A DNA stretch of 64,000 nt from Eledone cirrhosa (Eukaryota): NCBI GenBank assembly GCA_964016885.1, contig OZ024745.1:1-64000 (forward strand), in the 5' to 3' direction. The notes beneath the pieces were generated by a model. The model searched no databases and was not told the origin of the DNA. It worked only from the letters and a program-made list of their open reading frames with translations. Positions within the stretch are counted from its first letter, which is position 1. Each line of letters starts with the position of its first letter. The translations under genes and the position numbers were made by a program. Positions 58,151 through 64,000 of the stretch are shown here, one piece after another.

Positions 58151-60284
58151 GTAGTGGTGACAGAAGTTATATATATAGGGTGTAGTGGTGACAGATGTTA
58201 TATATATAGGGTGTAGTGGTGACAGATGTTATATATATAGGGTGTAGTGGTGACAGATGTTATATATATAGGGTGTAGTGGTGACAGAAGTTATATAGGG
58301 TGTAGTGGTGACAGAAGTTATATAGGGTGTAGTGGTGACAGAAGTTATATATATAGGGTGTAGTGGTGACAGATGTTATATAGGGTGTAGTGGTGACAGA
58401 AGTTATATAGGGTGTAGTGGTGTCAGAAGTTATATATATAGGGTGTAGTGCTGACAGATGTTATATAGGGTGTAGTGGTGACAGAAGTTATATATATAGG
58501 GTGTAGTGGTGACAGATGTTATATATATAGGGTGTAGTGGTGACAGAAGTTATATATATAGGGTGTAGTGGTGACAGATGTTATATAGGGTGTAGTGGTG
58601 ACAGAAGTTATATATATAGGGTGTAGTGGTGACAGATGTTATATATATAGGGTGTAGTGGTGACAGAAGTTATATATATAGGGCGTAGTGGTGACAGAAG
58701 TTATATAGGGTGTAGTGGTGACAGAAGTTATATATATAGGGTGTAGTGGTGACAGAAGTTATATATATATAGGGTGTAGTGGTGACAGAAGTTATATATA
58801 TAGGGTGTAGTGGTGACAGAGGTTATATATATAGGGTGTAGTGGTGACAGAAGTTATATAGGGTGTAGTGGTGACAGAAGTTATATAGGGTGTAGTGGTG
58901 ACAGAAGTTATATAGGGTGTAGTGGTGACAGAAGTTATATATAGGGTGTAGTGGTGACAGATGTTATATATATAGGGTGTAGTGGTGACAGAAGTTATAT
59001 ATATAGGGTGTAGTGGTGACAGAAGTTATATAGGGTGTAGTGGTGACAGAAGTTATATAGGGTGTAGTGGTGACAGAAGTTATATATATAGGGTGTAGTG
59101 GTGACAGAAGTTATATATATAGGGTGTAGTGGTGACAGAAGTTATATATAGGGTGTAGTGGTGACAGAGGTTATATAGGGTGTAGTGGTGACAGAGGTTA
59201 TATAGGGTGTAGTGGTGACAGAGGTTATATAGGGTGTAGTGGTGACAGAAGTTATATATATAGGGTGTAGTGGTGACAGAAGTTATATATATAGGGTGTA
59301 GTGGTGACAGAAGTTATATATATAGGGTGTAGTGGTGACAGAAGTTATATAGGGTGTAGTGGTGACAGATGTTATATAGGGTGTAGTGGTGACAGATGTT
59401 ATATAGGGTGTAGTGGTGACAGAAGTTATATATATAGGGTGTAGTGGTGACAGATGTTATATAGGGTGTAGTGGTGACAGAAGTTATATATATAGGGTGT
59501 AGTGGTGACAGAAGTTATATAGGGTGTAGTGGTGACAGAGGTTATATATATAGGGTGTAGTGGTGACAGAAGTTATATATATAGGGTGTAGTGGTGACAG
59601 AAGTTATATAGGGTGTAGTGGTGACAGATGTTATATAGGGTGTAGTGGTGACAGAAGTTATATATATAGGGTGTAGTGGTGACAGATGTTATATAGGGTG
59701 TAGTGGTGACAGAAGTTATATATATAGGGTGTAGTGGTGACAGAAGTTATATAGGGTGTAGTGGTGACAGAGGTTATATATATAGGGTGTAGTGGTGACA
59801 GAAGTTATATATATAGGGTGTAGTGGTGACAGAAGTTATATAGGGTGTAGTGGTGACAGAGGTTATATATATAGGGTGTAGTGGTGACAGAAGTTATATA
59901 TATAGGGTGTAGTGGTGACAGAAGTTATATAGGGTGTAGTCGTGACAGAAGTTATATAGGGTGTAGTGGTGACAGAAGTTATATATAGGGTGTAGTGGTG
60001 ACAGAAGTAAACAATATGAAGGTTTTCTGTTTTCCAACATAAAAATATGTTTTAGCTATTTTTTTCATTGCAAACCTAACACAACTTTGAACTGCAAATT
60101 CCTTTTATTGAGGACTTAAGAATGAAATATTTCTTATTCTTCCTCCATCCCACCAAGAAATTAATTTACATAAAACTTATTTTCAAGAAAAAATCAAATC
60201 AAAAACATGAGGAAAAAGTGAGAACTGAGTTAGAAACCCAGATTTAAACAAGATTTAAAATACTTTTAAGTAACTAATCTAACA

Positions 60285-60290
60285 ACTTAC
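60285..60290 (-). promoter_or_regulatory. 5' splice donor TGG|GTAAGT
   Basis: Plus-strand ACTTAC at 60285-60290 is a consensus GTAAGT immediately after the Trp codon. Confidence 0.92.
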
Positions 60291-60398
60291 CCAAGTTGTT
60301 GTTCTTGTGTTATGATCAATGAAGAATGGTCGAGAGTTTGGAGCAATAGAGGTAGCCCAACCAGCAGGTAAAGGCTCTTCGTTAACATCACTAATTGA
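60291..60398 (-). CDS. Nedd4: Internal 108-bp coding exon encoding most of a WW domain ([36 protein letters not shown]) of a NEDD4-family HECT E3 ubiquitin ligase, most like WW3 of NEDD4/NEDD4L
   Basis: Manual translation gives 36 sense codons between CAG and GTAAGT. WW signature LPxGW...R.FFIDHNT.TTTW closely resembles human NEDD4 WW3 ([27 protein letters not shown], recalled). The WW call is strong; orthology rests on this single exon. Confidence 0.88.
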
Positions 60399-60425
60399 CT
60401 GCAATCAAACAGGAGAAACAGTAAC
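60399..60425 (-). promoter_or_regulatory. 3' splice acceptor with pyrimidine-rich tract (..GTTACTGTTTCTCCTGTTTGATTGCAG|)
   Basis: Reverse complement of 60399-60425. A CTAAT branch-point-like pentamer lies further upstream at about 60452-60456 on the minus strand. Confidence 0.8.
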
Positions 60426-60980
60426 AGCTAGATACTTAATTAATCAACTTAATTAGCCAGTAATTCAGTCTGAGGCTAAATATGGAATATTGGAGAATTA
60501 TTATTTTCTAGGATTACACAATAAGGACAAATTACATCTGAACAGAATTGTCTTTTTATTAGAATAATTATAATTCCAATCTCTAATCAGTTTCAGAGTA
60601 AATACCAAAAGTATTATAGATTTCTAAAGCCAATAGAAGACCCTAGTAACTACATCCTATAAACAAAGAGTAAAATATTTACTGCCAGCCAGAATCAAAT
60701 TAATTTTGTCAACACCCAAGCCCCTAATCAATTATACAAACATCACATTAGACAGGGATAATCAAATATTATTCTCTAGAAATGTAAATATATTTCCATT
60801 TATTGTTTTGAGTGACATTTTGTTAACTGGGATGGCAAGATGGCAGAGAAATGTGAAATATCAAAGCCATGTAGTCCAATATCATCAGAATATGAAAGAA
60901 GAAGGGGATATAAATATTTCATTTTTAAGATGTTACACTTCAATTACAAACCTGAATACTGATTTCTTTAAAAAGTCTGT

Positions 60981-61100
60981 CTTAAGCCTGGCTGCTCATC
61001 AGGCCAATGCTTATCCCAGTTTATACAAGATTCCCTGGACAGGACAGCAGACCATCACAGGGTAAACTCCTGCTCAAGAACACAACACACCACTAGGTCA
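60981..61100 (-). mobile_element. Decayed, internally deleted SINE-like fragment
   Basis: Segments CATCAGGCC..GCTTATCCCAGTTT, CCCTGGA.....ACCATCACAGGGT and CTCAAGAACACAACAC resemble, in order, the reverse complement of invertebrate tRNA-derived SINE bodies. Recalled similarity only, not searched. Confidence 0.45.
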
Positions 61101-61518
61101 CACATTTTTAAATACTTATTTATTACTACAAGATTGGCAATTCCTTGGCTTAATACTAAGTAAGGCAACTTAGTTTCACATATAGGCCAGATTTCTTCAT
61201 ATAACATGGAAATTGGAATTATAATACTTAGAAGCTGTGCGCAGTGAAAATTTGATAAGATTGTAAGTTAGTGAAACAGAGGTTTATAAGGGAAGATTAC
61301 ATAAAGTTGTAGCTTGATGGAAGTCAATATCCAACTTCTTTATCTCAGTAAATACAAATTACTATTTAAGTGACTACAATTCCAGATCTAACTACTAATA
61401 TATTATTTTAATTACTACAGCTTGTCCTTCCATTCGTCTCATCTCTCTTTTCATTACCCAACCCATTACAGCATGGAAAGAGAGACCCAATTATTTTAGC
61501 CACATGCACCACCTTAAT

Positions 61519-61530
61519 CCCCCCCCCCCC
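61519..61530 (+). repeat. Poly-C run (12 nt)
   Basis: Directly visible. Confidence 0.9.
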
Positions 61531-61579
61531 ACACTTTCCATGATAGTACAGAAATAAAATAGAAGTACCCCAGTTCACC

Positions 61580-61645
61580 TTTGTGCAACCCATGCCTACT
61601 CCCACCCCCATCCTTGTCCAACCCATGCCTACTCCCAACCCCATC
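61580..61645 (+). repeat. Two-copy 33-bp tandem repeat (TTGTSCAACCCATGCCTACTCCCAMCCCCATC)
   Basis: Copies start at 61581 and 61614. Confidence 0.88.
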
Positions 61646-61707
61646 ACTTGATACTTCCTCTCAAATGGTGGTTTAATCTCCCCAACTCCTACCAATGCCT
61701 CCCTAAT

Positions 61708-62192
61708 GATGATGCAAGATAAAAATACATCCAGCTCACTCTGTAAAGTAGTAATGTTGATGCCATTACAAAAGCACTCAGTCCACCTTGTAAGGTGATA
61801 GTACCAGGGTGATGATAAAATGTTCCCAGTATATGCTGTAAAATGGTTGGTGTTAGGAAGGGCATTCAGCTGCAGAACCCATGCTTCTAGTACATGCTGT
61901 AACATGGCTGGTGCTGAGAAGGGCATCTGGGTGTAAAAAAAACATGCCACCAGTACACACTATAACGTGGCTGGTATTAGGAGGGGCATCCAGCTGTAGA
62001 AACCAAGCCAAGAATGGATCATACGAGCAAGACATGGTCATTTGACTAGACTAACCTCACAACATACCCTGTCTAACCCATTTAAGCATGGAAAACTAGA
62101 CGTTAATCAGTAATGATGATGATGATGAATTACCATTACTATGGACAACCATGCTAGCGTGGAAGATGGACGTTAAAAGATGATGATGATGA
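61708..62192 (+). mobile_element. SINE-like composite: tandem ~62-bp core motifs (..GGTGTTAGGAAGGGCATCCAGCTGTAGAAACC) followed by two 3' tails (..CATGGAAxxxGACGTTAA..(GAT)n)
   Basis: Three core copies at 61826, 61887 and 61950, with two more diverged partial copies upstream. Tails at ~62070-62128 and ~62147-62192 both end in GAT repeats, as expected of SINE/LINE 3' ends. Resembles an abundant octopus SINE (recalled). Confidence 0.65.
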
Positions 62193-62317
62193 AAAAGTGC
62201 TTTGCATTGGTTTGAAGGGAAAAATTATTTGATTTGAACTTTAGAAGTGCTGAAGCCATTCAATTTGGTATTTCAGATATTAATGACAACTATTAGGAAA
62301 AGTCAACATAGGACATA

Positions 62318-62331
62318 TGTGTGTGTGTGTG
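62318..62331 (+). repeat. Short (TG)n microsatellite
   Basis: Directly visible TGTGTGTGTGTGTG. Confidence 0.85.
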
Positions 62332-62662
62332 GTGGGGCGGGGGATGGTAGTTGTTTTACAATTCCAAGAAATGTAACTGGTAAAATAAAAGCTGTACATT
62401 TTTATTGTAATTCTTTAAAGATTGCTATTATTATTGACTAATTCCACTATTACAATTAACAACATTAATATTGATATGTAGCAATAAGTTCTCAGCAAAA
62501 CAAACCTCTGACCTAACTTAGAACCATATCGCTGATGTCCCTTCCGCTAAAAACTTGATGTTTTACAATTAAAAAGAATGATAAGAATGCAAAGAAGATT
62601 GCAGAGAAGCAACTGGTGAAAAGATAAATAACAACATGAAGAATGCAATGGAAAAGAAGAAG

Positions 62663-62775
62663 ATAAAGCTGTCACTGTCTTTATTATTCCATAATGGTTA
62701 ACACTCCATCTATACTAAAATAAAGCTGTTATTGTATTTATTATCCCATAATGGTTAACACTCCACCTATACTAA
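62663..62775 (+). repeat. Two-copy 57-bp tandem duplication
   Basis: ATAAAGCTGT...TTTATTAT.CCATAATGGTTAACACTCCA.CTATACTAA starts at 62663 and 62720. Confidence 0.92.
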
Positions 62776-62832
62776 GGTGGTGTATAACAAAAATAATGAT
62801 TTCTTTCTCTAGAAAAGAAATTAATAATATAA

Positions 62833-62990
62833 GGCGGTGAATTGGCAGAGTCGTTAGAACAGATAAAATGTTTTGTAGTATTTGTTCCAGCTCTCTCATC
62901 TCTCAGTTCAAATCCTGCCAAGGACAACTTTGGTACTTTTTTTTTATCAACCTTGAATGGATGAACGGCAGTCTAGTATTGAGATAGATT
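62833..62990 (+). mobile_element. tRNA-derived SINE, decayed
   Basis: Pol III A-box-like TGGCAGAGTCG (62843-62853) and B box GTTCAAATC (62906-62914). 5' GGCGG can pair with CTGCC (62915-62919). The head resembles octopus tRNA-derived SINEs (recalled). 3' boundary uncertain. Confidence 0.65.
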
Positions 62991-63319
62991 CTTCCTCTAT
63001 ATCTCCTTCTCTGGAAGAAATCTGCTGTTCTCAGACCTGGAGAGGAGATGGACTCCACCAGGTTTAAAAACAGCCCTAGAAACACCATATGTCAATATGG
63101 CGCCCCTACAACTCTCTCAGGAGTTACAGGTCTATACCATACCAACAATGGTCATTTTATTATTTTAAATAGGTTCAAACATGAAGGACAATGAAATATT
63201 GTGACTTTTCCCAACAGTATTAGTGGTCTAAGAGAAATTGCTTAAACCAGCAATGAAAACTGGATCAAGGGTTTATCAATAGCATTATTAATTAAAACAA
63301 TTATTTTAAAGTAACTGAA

Positions 63320-63465
63320 AGGTAAGAGGGAAAATCTGAGACAGTAAAGAACCAAACTAAATCATTTGCTGTATACAATTTTTTTCTGAATTTAAATCCC
63401 AGCAAAGTTTCCCCTTTCATCTAACTGGAGTTAATACCAGTAAGATACTAGGTTTAATAATAGAA
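63320..63465 (+). mobile_element. Possible second, more decayed copy of the same tRNA-derived SINE
   Basis: TTCTGAATTTAAATCCCAGCAAAG parallels TCTCAGTTCAAATCCTGCCAAGG at ~62901, and is followed by CCTTTCATC...TACCAGT...ACTAGG as in the recalled family body. Confidence 0.4.
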
Positions 63466-63903
63466 ATATGAAGACATCCCTACAAAATATTTATATAGAA
63501 AACAAAACAAAACAAAATGTAATATTCTTCTTTTAAATTTTATTTTAAAACATTTTAAATCTTAATAAATTGAAAACAAACTCTGACAAATTAAATTTTC
63601 AGAACCCAATCATTGAGATTCTTTCCAATTATGTTTTTATAGCAGATAGAGCCTCTATATGGTCATTGAATCTATGAGAAAAAGCAGCCAAATCTTAAGA
63701 AGTCAAGCAATAATGTAATCCTAAATATACTCTTAAAAAGACAGTGTGGTTATTCCAGCCATGACCAATCTTTTAATAGATATTCTAAAATCTTTAGAAA
63801 ATTTCACAATAAACTCAAAATCTATCTTTTCTATCAGAAGTCTATTTATAAATGTATCAGTTCTATGTAAAGATATATTTTTTATTCATCTCAGACACAT
63901 AGA

Positions 63904-63965
63904 AGCAAGACATGCTTATCTGACTAGACTGACCTCAGAACATAACCCGTCTAACCCATTAAGCA
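63904..63965 (+). repeat. Dispersed direct repeat of 62026-62088
   Basis: AGCAAGACATG....TGACTAGACT.ACCTCA.AACATA.CC.GTCTAACCCATT.AAGCA occurs at both positions, about 1.88 kb apart. Confidence 0.88.
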
Positions 63966-64000
63966 CTCACAACTCACACACTGTCAAACATGAATAGATT

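Larger units (their letters stand above)
1..60008 (+). repeat. Giant tandem minisatellite/satellite array, unit GGGTGTAGTGGTGACAGAAGT(TA)n; 27 bp (n=3) and 31 bp (n=5) dominate, 33 bp (n=6) is a minority, 29 bp (n=4) is rare; about 2,000 units, open at the window start
   Basis: Directly visible head-to-tail units from base 1 to ...GTGGTGACAGAAGT ending at 60008, with no inversions or foreign insertions seen. Copy number is estimated as 60 kb divided by about 29 bp. Confidence 0.99.
1..60290 (-). other. Intron (at least 60 kb, incomplete) downstream of the WW exon of the Nedd4-like gene, almost entirely filled by the array
   Basis: Starts at the GTAAGT donor at 60290 on the minus strand. The WW domain is incomplete at the exon end, and no next exon (xDPR...) was seen between 60290 and base 1. 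Depends on the assembly being correct. Confidence 0.75.

Noticed and set aside
1-60008. CRISPR array
   Set aside because: No unique spacers; only (TA)n length varies between cores. No cas genes, and the context is a spliced eukaryotic gene.
1-60008. Telomeric repeat (GGTGTA resembles long yeast telomere units)
   Set aside because: The G-rich strand runs 5'->3' toward the unique sequence, the wrong polarity for a chromosome end. Multi-kb higher-order copies and the intronic position do not fit telomerase synthesis.
1-60008. Strong G-quadruplex array
   Set aside because: Only one GGG run per 27-31 bp plus one GG, so loops are too long for canonical G4. At most weak potential near GGGGG variants.
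60333-60335. A-to-I editing restoring Gly in the NSR turn of the WW domain
   Set aside because: The Ser codon is TCT, which A-to-I editing cannot convert to a Gly codon.
60706-61065. 119-aa plus-strand ORF
   Set aside because: Non-ATG start, AT-rich intronic composition, no recognisable domain, antisense to the host gene and overlapping a SINE-like fragment.
61408-62041. 180-aa and 62-aa minus-strand ORFs
   Set aside because: They run through SINE-like tandem cores, the 33-bp repeat and the poly-C run, and show no domain similarity that I can recognise.
62833-62920. Functional tRNA gene
   Set aside because: A and B boxes are present but I could not fold convincing D and anticodon arms, and it continues into a SINE-like body. 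A tRNAscan-SE score would settle it.
62247-63997. Short ORFs at 62247, 62903 and 63746
   Set aside because: Short, low-complexity or repeat-overlapping, with no motifs or convincing splice sites.

Overview
Eukaryotic, AT-rich animal genomic DNA, probably cephalopod/octopus (inferred only from SINE-like repeats recalled from memory, not from a search). Bases 1-60008 are one uninterrupted minisatellite array: core GGGTGTAGTGGTGACAGAAGT followed by (TA)n, mostly 27-bp (TA)3 and 31-bp (TA)5 units, roughly 2,000 copies (estimated), with nested higher-order repeats from about 0.2 to 9.6 kb. The array continues beyond the window start. The last 4 kb are non-satellite and contain one clear coding exon missed by the ORF track: 60291-60398 on the minus strand, with canonical splice sites, encoding [36 protein letters not shown], a NEDD4-type WW domain cut just before its xDPR end. 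The array therefore most likely lies inside an intron of at least 60 kb of a Nedd4-like E3 ligase gene. On the transcribed strand the repeat consensus has no AG and no AATAAA. The rest is decayed SINE-like elements and short tandem duplications. All ORFs in the track are judged spurious. No CRISPR, prokaryotic or telomeric system is supported.
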